From contig SICY01000001.1 of assembly GCA_009697485.1 (NCBI GenBank), positions 1-55,419 on the forward strand: a DNA stretch of 55,419 bases. Reading direction: 5' to 3'. Shown piece by piece: positions 20,490-30,049 of this stretch. Source of the stretch: Nitrosarchaeum sp. (GTDB taxonomy: Archaea; Thermoproteota; Nitrososphaeria; Nitrososphaerales; Nitrosopumilaceae). The notes beneath the pieces are model-generated. The model saw only the letters and a list, made by a program, of their open reading frames with translations. It had not been told where the DNA came from and did no database searches. Both the position numbers and the translations under genes were made by a program. How positions within the stretch are numbered: position 1 is the first letter of the stretch; each line of letters opens with the position of its first letter.

Positions 20490-21122
20490 ATGAATCTAAT
20501 AAAACGAATTGATGAAATGATTGAAGAAAGAAGTTTACTAAAACACCCATTCTATCAAATGTGGTCTGATGGAAAATTAACTCTTGATTCTTTATCTGGT
20601 TATTCTAAAGAATACTTTCAACTTGTTAAGGCAGTTCCATCATTTATGACTCCTATTATAGAAAAGGCTCCTAATTCTGTTATTAGTGAATTAATTGATA
20701 ACCAACAAGAGGAATCAATTCACATAAAATCATGGGTTAAATTTGCAGGAGAGCTGGGAGTTTCCGAATATGAATTAATTCAATATGAAGGATTAGAAAA
20801 GACTAGGAAATCTGTTTTGGAATTATCAGAATTAATGAATACCTATGAAGGTGGAGCATGTGCAATGTATGCTTTTGAAAAAGAAATTCCTAAAATTAGC
20901 CAAACAAAGCTTGATGGCTTGGCAGAATTCTATGGGATGTCTAATGAAGAGGCTACAGAATACTTTAAACTTCATACAGAAGCTGATATTCGTCATGCTG
21001 CATCTTGGAAAAATATTCTTGAAAAAACATCAACTGATTCAGATAACTTGATCCGAATTGCAGATAAATCTATCTCTGCACAAAATCTGTTGCTTGATAG
21101 TTGTTATGAAGCATATTGTTGA
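20490..21122 (+). CDS. CADD/PqqC-like heme-oxygenase-fold dimetal protein
   Basis: HPFY..W..G.LT, EE..H, FEKEIP, HTEADIRH. Start moved to ATG 20490 because the longer call overlaps the tRNA. Confidence 0.8.
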   Translation: MNLIKRIDEMIEERSLLKHPFYQMWSDGKLTLDSLSGYSKEYFQLVKAVPSFMTPIIEKAPNSVISELIDNQQEESIHIKSWVKFAGELGVSEYELIQYEGLEKTRKSVLELSELMNTYEGGACAMYAFEKEIPKISQTKLDGLAEFYGMSNEEATEYFKLHTEADIRHAASWKNILEKTSTDSDNLIRIADKSISAQNLLLDSCYEAYC

Positions 21123-21163
21123 ACTCATAACATTTTATACTGTAGGTAAAATCCATCTGCTTA

Positions 21164-21237
21164 GGGCCCATAACTCAGCTTGGTAGAGTACCCGGCTCAT
21201 AACCGGGGAGTCAAGGGATCGAAGCCCTTTGGGCCCA
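21164..21237 (+). tRNA. tRNA with CAU anticodon (probably tRNA-Ile2, otherwise Met)
   Basis: Acceptor GGGCCCA/TGGGCCC, anticodon arm CCCGG-CT CAT AA-CCGGG, T-stem AAGGG/CCCTT. Confidence 0.9.
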
Positions 21238-21280
21238 TATTACTTCCGTTAGTTTTAAAATGAGCACAGACAAAATTTAC

Positions 21281-21345
21281 TGGCTGCGATGAAGAATCAG
21301 AGTTATATCTGAACGATGATTGAAAGGCATTTGTCTGAGCTGCCA
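21281..21345 (+). ncRNA. C/D-box guide sRNA
   Basis: C GCGATGA 21286-92, D' CTGA 21309-12, C' ACGATGA 21313-19, D CTGA 21335-38; terminal stem TGGC/GCCA; TTTTAAAA box at 21253-60. Confidence 0.8.
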
Positions 21346-21349
21346 AAAA

Positions 21350-21955
21350 TTACTTGCTAATCTGATTTCTTACTTTTTCTAAAATATCACCATCAACAAG
21401 TTTTTGTTCGTGTAATGCTTGTGTGATTTGTATTATATTGGTGATAGAATGTAATTTAACTCCTAATTCTTTTAGTGCTTCATCTGCACCCTCCATTCTA
21501 TTGACAATTACATATACATCTTCTATTGTTATGTTTGCTTCTTTTAGTGACTTTATTGCATTTACAACCGAACCTCCAGTTGTTGCAACATCGTCTATCA
21601 TTACAACCTTCATTCCTTCATGAATTTGCCCTTCGACTGATTTTGAAGTTCCATAGTCTTTTGGTTTACTTCTTACATAGATTAATGGCTTAACTGTTTC
21701 AATTGCCAATGCTGATGCAATAACCAAACCTCCAGTAGGAACTGATACTAAAGAATCAAAACTATCCAATCCTACACTTTCTGCAATATTGTTTTGCAGA
21801 TATTTTATCATAGTTCTAAATTGATGAGGATAACTAGGAACTAGTCTCAAATCAACATAGTATGAACTTTTTTTACCACTAGCCAGTGTAAAATCTCCAA
21901 ATTTTATTATCCCCTTTTGATGCAAAAAGGTTGCAAACTCTTTTACAAATTCCAT
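21350..21955 (-). CDS. pyrE: Orotate phosphoribosyltransferase
   Basis: FTLASGKKSSYYVDLR, KDYG, PRPP motif VMIDDVATTGGS. Confidence 0.95.
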   Translation of the reverse strand: MEFVKEFATFLHQKGIIKFGDFTLASGKKSSYYVDLRLVPSYPHQFRTMIKYLQNNIAESVGLDSFDSLVSVPTGGLVIASALAIETVKPLIYVRSKPKDYGTSKSVEGQIHEGMKVVMIDDVATTGGSVVNAIKSLKEANITIEDVYVIVNRMEGADEALKELGVKLHSITNIIQITQALHEQKLVDGDILEKVRNQISK

Positions 21956-22005
21956 ATCTAAATTAACTACACTGGATTTATTTTGGTTTGTATTGTGTAT
22001 TAATC

Positions 22006-23088
22006 ATGCCTGAAATCTGGTTAAATTATGGTATTACTGATGTTGTTTTGGATATTCGGGCAGAGAATCTAGAACAAAAAATTGATTCTGATGGTAAGAT
22101 CTTGGAAGATACGGCGATCAATGAAAAACTGAGTACTATTGATTTAACAAAACCTATGGAACTTGTAGTTTTACATAACTCCAAATCTATTCAAAAAATT
22201 ATCTCATCATTATTTACAATATGTGAACGAAAATCATCACCATTTCCTAAAATTTTGGCTGAGAAAAAAATAATGAATCTAGTAAAATCTGGTCTACCAG
22301 AAGGAAGCTCAATTAATGAATTTGACAACGCTGATCTTTCTAATTCTAATCTTGTTTTCATCGGAGAAATGGAATTTGATGGTTTATTTGGGTATGAAAC
22401 CGTTTCCACCAGATTAATCAAAAAGTTTGGTCAGGAATCAATGCTTTCTGCATATGCAAAAAGAAAGAGTAATCTTCCTGCGCCTGGACAACTGACAGAA
22501 AGTTTTGATGAAGCAAAAAAATTTGTCAATAATTTTGAAATTAAGGCAATTGAAATTATAGCAAATTCGCAAGGTATTGTTGATTTTACAATAGAACATC
22601 CTTCCAAAACCGTTTCATCTACAAAAACTCTAGAATCCTTTGCAATCAAAGATATAGGTCACCACAAATCAATGATAATCAGCACTGGAAAAGACTCAAG
22701 TAATGATAATCTTGGAAAATCTCTTTCATCTCTTTGGAATTGTGCTAGTGCAATACAAAATGGAGGTCTATCTATCTTGGTAGCAGAATGTAAATCTGGT
22801 TTGGGTTCTGATGCACTTCAGCAATACATTGAGGGTAGATTGAGTCTTGTTCAACTTCGAAATCCAACTAAATACATTTCTGGAATGGAGGATCTATTAT
22901 TTTTATCCGAAATACAAAAGAATTTTCAAATTGGGTTGGTTTCAATTCTTCCAGAATATTATGTAAAAAAACTAAACATGATTTCCATGTCTGGAATCAA
23001 ACCCTCTTTGGATTATATTCTGAAAACCCAAGGTGCTAGACAAAAAGTTGCAGTTGTAATGGATGGGGCTAGAGTTTTACTAAGGTAA
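22006..23088 (+). CDS. LarA/DUF2088-like protein, divergent
   Basis: N-terminal LNYG and C-terminal GGLSILVAECKSGLGS resemble the LarA family; ATG 22006 preferred. Confidence 0.55.
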   Translation: MPEIWLNYGITDVVLDIRAENLEQKIDSDGKILEDTAINEKLSTIDLTKPMELVVLHNSKSIQKIISSLFTICERKSSPFPKILAEKKIMNLVKSGLPEGSSINEFDNADLSNSNLVFIGEMEFDGLFGYETVSTRLIKKFGQESMLSAYAKRKSNLPAPGQLTESFDEAKKFVNNFEIKAIEIIANSQGIVDFTIEHPSKTVSSTKTLESFAIKDIGHHKSMIISTGKDSSNDNLGKSLSSLWNCASAIQNGGLSILVAECKSGLGSDALQQYIEGRLSLVQLRNPTKYISGMEDLLFLSEIQKNFQIGLVSILPEYYVKKLNMISMSGIKPSLDYILKTQGARQKVAVVMDGARVLLR

Positions 23089-24186
23089 AAAATTAGGTAA
23101 AAAATTTGACGGTATTGGTGCACATAAAATAGCTAATCCTATAACACCCAAGTATGCAAGTTTTCTATTTTTTGATAATGGGGAAACATCATCAAGTGGT
23201 GTTGCACTAGGATTTTTTGAACTTAAAACAAGAATCAACATTGCCATTAACCAATAATTTAACACAACAAGAATTGCCATACTTCCAATTGTTGCATACT
23301 TGTGACGTTTAGCACCAAGTAGAGTTCTTGCCATGTGACCCCCGTCTAGCTGCCAAGCTGGTAATAAATTCAAGAATGTGATTAAAAATCCAATCCAAGC
23401 TGCAAATAAAACTGGCGTCATTATTACTTCATGACCTGTTCCACCTTTTCCAAACAACGCTAAACTTGCAGTCATTAGTAATGGTTCTCCTTGATTCCAT
23501 TCCATTAATTTTGAATCTGCAAAAAGTCCTTGTGCAACATCTTCTTGTAGTATCGGTGCAGTGTATGCACCATACATTGAAACTATGATTGTAATTATCA
23601 GTCCTGCAATTGGTCCTGCTACTGCTATATCAAATAAAATTTCTCGATTAATTGTTAATCCACGTGATTGAATAAATGCGCCAAAAGTTGGAATTCCAAT
23701 CACGGGTAACCCTGGTATGAAAAATGGCCATGTTGTCTTTAGTTTATGAGCATTAGCTGCAACTAGATGACCCAACTCATGAATTCCTAAAATTCCTAAA
23801 AGTGAAAGTGTATAGATTCCTGCCATTTCTAATGGTTCACCAATATCTATAATGGAATTTGTTCCTGTAGTACGATAATAACCATCAATCATTACGAAGG
23901 TAATTACAATTGCAAACAAAATTCGTGGAGTCCAAGATGCGCTTAACCACTTCTTTTGTTTTTTTGGAGTGAATTTTTGAATGATAATATATTTACCGTC
24001 TTCCATTTGTTCAAGCTTACAAACATAGTTCATATTTTCTAATTTTCTTGCTAAATCCTCAAATTTTGATTTAAAATCATGATCATTAATCCTAAACTCC
24101 AAAGAATACATTTCTCTGTTGAACTGACTTACTTTAAACAATGAATTGACTAAGGAAATTACGTCTTCCTGCGTAGGGTCGCTCAT
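23080..24186 (-). CDS. Site-2 protease (M50 membrane metalloprotease)
   Basis: HELGH, AGPIAG, NLLPAWQLDGGH. Confidence 0.92.
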   Translation of the reverse strand: MSDPTQEDVISLVNSLFKVSQFNREMYSLEFRINDHDFKSKFEDLARKLENMNYVCKLEQMEDGKYIIIQKFTPKKQKKWLSASWTPRILFAIVITFVMIDGYYRTTGTNSIIDIGEPLEMAGIYTLSLLGILGIHELGHLVAANAHKLKTTWPFFIPGLPVIGIPTFGAFIQSRGLTINREILFDIAVAGPIAGLIITIIVSMYGAYTAPILQEDVAQGLFADSKLMEWNQGEPLLMTASLALFGKGGTGHEVIMTPVLFAAWIGFLITFLNLLPAWQLDGGHMARTLLGAKRHKYATIGSMAILVVLNYWLMAMLILVLSSKNPSATPLDDVSPLSKNRKLAYLGVIGLAILCAPIPSNFLPNFLP

Positions 24187-24262
24187 TCTGTTTACGGCTA
24201 TTTCTTTCCATTAAATGGTTTTGTGGTTTAAAATTAAATATTGACAATAAAATATACTAGTA

Positions 24263-24760
24263 ATGCAAGTAATTCTCAGACAATTGGGTAACTGTAACAT
24301 ACGTCGTGCAGAACCAAGCGATCTGATTCCAGTCATGGAAATTAATCTAAAAACGCTTCCTGAACACTATTCTGATTATTTCTATGAAAGTCTACTTGCA
24401 GAAATTCCAGAAGCTTTCATTGTTGCAGAAATTGGAGGAAAACACGTTGGTTACATAATGTGCAAAACTGAATATGGCTTTTCTAATTTCAAAAAACTAG
24501 GATTTGTAAAAAAAGGTCATGTGGTATCTATTGCAGTTCTTGATGAATATAGAAAAAAAGGCATCGGCAAAGCATTAGTTGAAGAATCTGTAAATGGTGT
24601 TAAACTAAAAAAATGTGATGAATTCTATCTTGAGGTACGTTGTAGTAATAATGATGCCGTACGATTGTATGAAAAACTAGGTTTTGTTATTAGACAAAAA
24701 CTCAGTGCGTATTATCGTGATGGTGAAGATGCATATCTTATGGCAATTGAATTGGACTAG
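24263..24760 (+). CDS. N-terminal acetyltransferase (Ard1/RimI type)
   Basis: LPEHY, GHVVSIAV...RKKGIG, LEVR, YYRDGEDA. Confidence 0.92.
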   Translation: MQVILRQLGNCNIRRAEPSDLIPVMEINLKTLPEHYSDYFYESLLAEIPEAFIVAEIGGKHVGYIMCKTEYGFSNFKKLGFVKKGHVVSIAVLDEYRKKGIGKALVEESVNGVKLKKCDEFYLEVRCSNNDAVRLYEKLGFVIRQKLSAYYRDGEDAYLMAIELD

Positions 24761-24798
24761 TTCAAACCAATAAATAACTCACACCAAACTTTAGCTCA

Positions 24799-25017
24799 AT
24801 GAATAAACGTAAAGGAATGGGGATTACAATTTTTGCACTATGCATTACCGCATTCTTTCTTTATGCATATTTACTAATGCTATCTGAATGGAGTCCTATT
24901 GTGTTACAATTATCTATTTTGATGATTGCAGGTGGAATACTTGGTGTAGTAGCTTGGATTGGGTATGTAATGGCAACTACAAAACCTTCATCTGCATCAA
25001 TTTCATCAGATGATTAA
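24799..25017 (+). CDS. Small two-TM membrane protein
   Basis: Two hydrophobic segments, WIGYVMATT; fills the intergenic gap cleanly. Confidence 0.7.
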   Translation: MNKRKGMGITIFALCITAFFLYAYLLMLSEWSPIVLQLSILMIAGGILGVVAWIGYVMATTKPSSASISSDD

Positions 25018-25018
25018 T

Positions 25019-25855
25019 TTATTTTGAAATCTTTACATCTACAACTGTTTGATAGTATCTAGGACCTACAGCTCTGACGATCTTTGATCCTAAAATTTCT
25101 GATTTAACTGGGGTTACTTGCAAATAGTGTTCTTCCGAAAGTTTTCCGGCATTTGATTTTTTATCTGCATGAATGTGAGAATAATAGTGAATTATTCCAC
25201 CACTTTTTGTTGCATTGATTGCAGACTTTAAGAATTCATCTGATCTTTCAGGAAGAAGCATCAAAGTTCTATCTGATCTATTCTCTAATTGTTCTTGAAT
25301 TACTTGTGATGCATCTCCATTTATTGAGATGATGTTTCCTGCAAGCTTATTTGAGATTATATTTTTTTCACAAAGTTTTGCTGCAATTGGATTGATATCT
25401 ATGCTATATACAATACATTTCTTCTTTTTTGCAATCATAATTGAAAACATGCCTACGCCTGCAAACATATTGACTATAGTTTCGCCATCTTGAACTAAAT
25501 TGGCAATTCTTTCTCTTTCCGTAGATAATCTAGGTGAAAAAAATGCATTTTCAACATCCACTGTAAATTTACAGCCAAATTCTTTGTATTCTGTTTCTGT
25601 CTTATCTTCTCCTGCCAGAATCTCTAAATTTCTGGTACGAAAATCTCCCTCAACAGCAGAAGCTTGATAAAAAACACTCTTTGCAATTTTTACTTCGTTT
25701 AGAAGAGTCTCACCAATGAGTTTCTTCTTTGTTAGCAACGAATCAGGAATTCTAACTATAATTATATCTCCAATTTGATCAAAAGATGAGATTAGTTCTT
25801 GGCTTTCTTGTGAAGTAAGTATATTTTCCAATGACCTCTTTAACATTCGAGTCAA
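25019..25855 (-). CDS. Trm5/Tyw2-family tRNA-modifying SAM-dependent transferase
   Basis: IGDIII, FFSPRLSTER, MFAGVG, DINP. Confidence 0.85.
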   Translation of the reverse strand: MTRMLKRSLENILTSQESQELISSFDQIGDIIIVRIPDSLLTKKKLIGETLLNEVKIAKSVFYQASAVEGDFRTRNLEILAGEDKTETEYKEFGCKFTVDVENAFFSPRLSTERERIANLVQDGETIVNMFAGVGMFSIMIAKKKKCIVYSIDINPIAAKLCEKNIISNKLAGNIISINGDASQVIQEQLENRSDRTLMLLPERSDEFLKSAINATKSGGIIHYYSHIHADKKSNAGKLSEEHYLQVTPVKSEILGSKIVRAVGPRYYQTVVDVKISK

Positions 25856-27639
25856 TTTTTGTAATAGAAATTTCCTGAACTTTTTTGCTCTTTATCTAAT
25901 CTACTTTCTAATTTGTTTACACGAGGTCTTAAACTTCTTTCATCTCTTCTAAATGACATGTCAAGTGATTTTAGGAATCTGTTCATTGCATCTGCTTTTG
26001 GCATTGGAGATGTTGCATGTCCAGATAGTCCTGACACACCTTCAAAAATTATCATAGAGTCAGATATAAGATCCATTAATTGTATGTCGTGATCTATCAC
26101 AATAGCTGTTTTTCCAAATGATCGAACAAATTTTTGTAAGAATTTTGCAATAGTTATTCTATCTTCTACGTCTAAAAATGCAGATGGCTCATCTAATGCA
26201 TAAAGATCTACTTTTTGTAAAAGACATGCAGCAACTGAAACTTTTTGTAATTCTCCCCCTGATAGATTCTTTACTGATTTATTGTATAGTTTTTTAATTT
26301 TCAATGGATCTAGTATCTGTTCTTCTTCCTGACTACCTTCAATTGCGCCACCATTTGCTTTATCTAATAATGCAATAACTTCAGCATCAATATCATTTTG
26401 AAGATACTGCGGTTTATATGCAATTTTTATTTTTTTATCAATATCTCCCGAACTTGGTTTTTCCACACCTGCAATCATCTTCATCAGTGTTGTTTTTCCA
26501 AGCGCATTTGCACCCATTATTCCCAATACTTCACCTTTTCTTACTCTACCTGGTTCAACAGTAACTGAAAATGTTGCATATTTTTTCTCCAGTTTTGGAT
26601 ATAACATAATTTCACTTCCCTCTTGAAATTCATCAGTAGATGAAGAAGATACGTCAAAAGAAAATTTCTTGTCTCTAAATCTAACATTTTCAGTTGGTAG
26701 ATAACCATCAAGAAACACATTGATTCCAATTTTGGTTGATAATACACTAGAAACTATTCCATATGCTGCAGGTTCGCCATAAAGCACTTCGATATAATCG
26801 CTAAGAAAATCAAGTAATGTTAAATCATGTTCAACAACCATTACACTTTTTCCAATTTTAGCTAAACTCTGAATTACTCTTGCTACACTTTTTCTTTGAA
26901 AAACGTCATTGTATGATGATGGTTCATCAAAAAAGTAAAACTCTGTATCTTTTGATGCAACAGCTGCTATGGCTAATCTTTGAAGCTCTCCTCCACTAAG
27001 TTCTTTGAGATTTTGTTCCATCGAATTTTCTAATTCCAATTCTTTGATTAATTCTCTTGATACTCCTCGCTCATCGTATTTTTCCATTAATTCTTTTCCA
27101 GTCCCATCAAATGCTTGTGCAACATGATGTACTTGTTGTGGTTTAATTGATGCACGAAGTTGTTTATTTTTAATTTTTTCAAAATGAGATTTTAATTCTG
27201 TTCCACCATAATACTTTAAAATTTCATCCCATTCTGGAGGGTTTTCATATCTTCCTAAATTTGGTTTCAAATTTCCAGCAAGAATGTTTACTACGGTACT
27301 TTTTCCCATTCCATTTCTGCCTAGTAATCCTACAACTTCCCCTTTTCTAGGTGTAGGTAATTTGTATAATCGAAATGAGTTTGGACCATACTGATGAATT
27401 TTATCTAATGCTAATTCAGATGGTAAATTAACAATAGTAATTGCTTCAAAGGGACAAACTTTGACACATATGCCACACCCATTACAAATATCTTCATCTA
27501 TCTGGGCTTTTTTTGTTTCTTCATTAAGTATGATGCAATCGGCTCCTGATTTGTTAATTGGGCAATACTTTATGCACTCTAAACCACATTTTTTTGGTTG
27601 GCAAAGGTCTTTGTCCAGTACTGCAACTCTGTGAGTCAT
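25852..27639 (-). CDS. rli: Ribosome recycling ATPase ABCE1/RLI
   Basis: N-terminal 2x[4Fe-4S] Cys motifs, two ABC domains (LSGGELQ), C-terminal RPRVNK. Confidence 0.97.
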   Translation of the reverse strand: MTHRVAVLDKDLCQPKKCGLECIKYCPINKSGADCIILNEETKKAQIDEDICNGCGICVKVCPFEAITIVNLPSELALDKIHQYGPNSFRLYKLPTPRKGEVVGLLGRNGMGKSTVVNILAGNLKPNLGRYENPPEWDEILKYYGGTELKSHFEKIKNKQLRASIKPQQVHHVAQAFDGTGKELMEKYDERGVSRELIKELELENSMEQNLKELSGGELQRLAIAAVASKDTEFYFFDEPSSYNDVFQRKSVARVIQSLAKIGKSVMVVEHDLTLLDFLSDYIEVLYGEPAAYGIVSSVLSTKIGINVFLDGYLPTENVRFRDKKFSFDVSSSSTDEFQEGSEIMLYPKLEKKYATFSVTVEPGRVRKGEVLGIMGANALGKTTLMKMIAGVEKPSSGDIDKKIKIAYKPQYLQNDIDAEVIALLDKANGGAIEGSQEEEQILDPLKIKKLYNKSVKNLSGGELQKVSVAACLLQKVDLYALDEPSAFLDVEDRITIAKFLQKFVRSFGKTAIVIDHDIQLMDLISDSMIIFEGVSGLSGHATSPMPKADAMNRFLKSLDMSFRRDERSLRPRVNKLESRLDKEQKSSGNFYYKN

Positions 27640-27733
27640 GTCGTAATTCGGTTATTCCTTGCTTTATACCTCTTTTGAACTATCTAAAATAGGGCGTTAC
27701 CTTAATAGATAAGAATCTGTCAACATTGTTCAA

Positions 27734-27847
27734 GCCGGCCATAGCGTTAGGGTGCGACCCAATCCCATTCCGAACTTGGAAGTCAAACCTAATGTCGCTG
27801 TTGTGCTACTAAGGTGCGAGAGCTCTTGGGAAGCAACAGTGCTGGCA
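27734..27847 (+). rRNA. rrf: 5S rRNA (stand-alone)
   Basis: GGCCATAGC...CCCATTCCGAAC...GAAGTCAA conserved motifs; terminal helix GCCGGC/GCTGGC; about 114 nt followed by a T-tract. Confidence 0.93.
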
Positions 27848-27909
27848 TTTTCTATTATCCTTTCAATCAATCTTTTAATATGGAATTTATGATTTATTCT
27901 ATGATTTCA

Positions 27910-28038
27910 ATGCCTAACTGTGCTGTTTGTGGACAACAATTTTCAGATGATATACGATTTCTAAATCACATGATGGATAAACATGGTTTTAGAAATCCAA
28001 ACATCGATAAACCAGATAGAAACAGCAGGGGATACTAA
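27910..28038 (+). CDS. C2H2-type zinc-finger microprotein (42 aa)
   Basis: MPNCAVCGQQFSDDIRFLNHMMDKH: C-x2-C-x3-F-x8-H-x4-H. The longer track call overlaps the 5S rRNA. Confidence 0.7.
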   Translation: MPNCAVCGQQFSDDIRFLNHMMDKHGFRNPNIDKPDRNSRGY

Positions 28039-28081
28039 TTTAATCTAAGTAATTATGTTGATTGAATTTGTATTTTTGAAT

Positions 28082-29557
28082 TTATATATTTTGTAAGTAA
28101 TCTAAAATTAATCTTACCCCAAAACCTGTAGCACCTTTTGGATTGTAAGGTTTATCTTTTGTTGCTACTTGCGTCCATGCCACACCTGCAATATCAATAT
28201 GTACCCAAGGTGTCTTTTCAATTGCATTTCTTAAGAATGCTGCGGCAGTAATGGCACCTGCAGCTCTTCCAATTCCAACATTTTTCATATCTGCAACATC
28301 TGATTTTACCATGTCCATATAGTCATCATTTAGTGGGAGCTCCCAAATTTCTTCTGTTGTTCTTTTTGATGATTCTATAATCTTCTGTGTTAGTTTATTA
28401 TTATTTGAAACCATACCTGCTATGTTCGTACCTAGTGCAATTATGCATGCTCCAGTCAATGTTGCAAAATCAATAATTGCCTTTGGTGAATATTGTTTTT
28501 CTCCATAAGATAACGCATCTGCTAAAATTACTCTGCCTTCTGCATCTGTATTTAGAATCTCTGCAGTTTTTCCACTGTATAATTTTATGATGTCTCCGGG
28601 TCTATATGACTCTCCACTGGGCATATTTTCAACTGATGGAATAATTCCTACTAAATTGATTGGCAATTTTAATTCTGATGCTGCTTTCATTATTCCAATG
28701 ACCGTACATCCACCACACTTGTCAAATTTCATTTCATCCATTTTATCACCAGGTTTTAATGAAATACCGCCTGTGTCAAACGTTACTGCTTTGCCAACTA
28801 GTACAATTGGTTTTTCATTTCGAGAACCATGATTATGTTCTAAAATTATCAGTTTTGGTTCGTTTTTACTTCCTTGTCCTACAGCAGTAATTCCACCGAA
28901 TCCTTTCTTTTTGAGATCATTTTTTGAAATGACGTTACATTTCATATTATTCTTTTTTGATATGATCCTTGCAAAATTTGCCAATGTTATAGGTGTGCAT
29001 TCGTTTGGAGGCAGATTAGCAATACTCTTTGTGTATATAGATCCGTCAGAAACAATCTCTGCAATTTTTATTGCTTTTAAAATCTTTTCTGATTTAGAAA
29101 CTAAAATTGTAAGATCTGGAGTATTGTTTTCTTTTTTTGATTTATATTTTTCAAATTTGTAAAGAGACATTTTACATCCTTCTACTATTTGGGTTACTGA
29201 CGAAATAGGTTCAATTAGAGAACTTGGGGGTGTTATTATAGAAAATTCTTTCAGTTTTAACTCTCTGGCCTTTTGAGCAATTTTACCTGAAACAAATCTT
29301 ATGGTGTCATTTGTGATATTCTCTTTTTTACCTAACCCAGCTAAAAGTATTCTTTGTGCTGTTTTACCTGTAGTTGGAATGACCGCTATTTTGCCAAATA
29401 TTCCACCCATGTCATTCATTGACTGTTTTATTGCTGGGATGATTTTAGGATCTATCTTTTCTAATCCCAATACTTTATCTGAATCTTCTAAGACAAATCC
29501 ACAAAGCATTGTTGTTTTCTTTTGATTATTTGGATTTTCTATTCTTATTTTCATCAT
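28082..29557 (-). CDS. pepA: Leucyl aminopeptidase (M17)
   Basis: VGKAVTFDTGG, MKFDK, NTDAEGR, ATLTGA. Confidence 0.95.
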   Translation of the reverse strand: MMKIRIENPNNQKKTTMLCGFVLEDSDKVLGLEKIDPKIIPAIKQSMNDMGGIFGKIAVIPTTGKTAQRILLAGLGKKENITNDTIRFVSGKIAQKARELKLKEFSIITPPSSLIEPISSVTQIVEGCKMSLYKFEKYKSKKENNTPDLTILVSKSEKILKAIKIAEIVSDGSIYTKSIANLPPNECTPITLANFARIISKKNNMKCNVISKNDLKKKGFGGITAVGQGSKNEPKLIILEHNHGSRNEKPIVLVGKAVTFDTGGISLKPGDKMDEMKFDKCGGCTVIGIMKAASELKLPINLVGIIPSVENMPSGESYRPGDIIKLYSGKTAEILNTDAEGRVILADALSYGEKQYSPKAIIDFATLTGACIIALGTNIAGMVSNNNKLTQKIIESSKRTTEEIWELPLNDDYMDMVKSDVADMKNVGIGRAAGAITAAAFLRNAIEKTPWVHIDIAGVAWTQVATKDKPYNPKGATGFGVRLILDYLQNI

Positions 29558-29589
29558 TATGAAAATCTGAGTTTGATGTGTTATTTAGA

Positions 29590-29970
29590 TTATTGTAGCT
29601 CTATTTTTTTACTAGTTGAAAATAAACTTGCAGATCTTATAAAAACAGCTTTTACAGTTTTACACTCTTGTTCGCAGTTCTCACCCATTTTAATTTTATT
29701 TGAGTTTCTTCCATTTGTTGTAATTATTGCTCTTAACAATGGTAAAAGTGCAGCCCTTCCACCATATGCTGTTTTTTCATCTATTAACCAAAACATCTCT
29801 AATGCCGATTCTCCTAACATTGTTTGTCTTAGTTTTAAGCCAAACTCTGAATAATGTCCGATCATTGTTAAATTACCTCTTGTAAGAAATTCAATCATTT
29901 TTGCAAATTTCACACACAAATAACACTGATTATCATAAACTATTATCGGTACTTTTTCTTTGATATGCAT
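29590..29970 (-). CDS. DCC1/DUF393 thiol-disulfide oxidoreductase-like protein
   Basis: N-terminal YDNQCYLC (DxxCxxC). Confidence 0.75.
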   Translation of the reverse strand: MHIKEKVPIIVYDNQCYLCVKFAKMIEFLTRGNLTMIGHYSEFGLKLRQTMLGESALEMFWLIDEKTAYGGRAALLPLLRAIITTNGRNSNKIKMGENCEQECKTVKAVFIRSASLFSTSKKIELQ

Positions 29971-30049
29971 AATATCACTTAGTAACCATCAGATTAAAAT
30001 TTTGCAGAAGTAGATTTTTATTAAATTTATGAAGCAATGTAATCGAGAA

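Noticed and set aside
20341-20550. 69-aa minus-strand ORF, and the N-terminal extension of 20385..21122
   Set aside because: Both overlap tRNA-Glu.
21293-21334. C/D guides targeting the neighbouring tRNAs (ATAACTC in the CAU tRNA; CCTTTCAA in tRNA-Glu)
   Set aside because: Only 7-8 bp, and the Glu match does not cover the N+5 position; rRNA targets fit better.
27814-27909. N-terminal extension of the zinc-finger ORF
   Set aside because: Overlaps the 3' end of the 5S rRNA and its T-tract.
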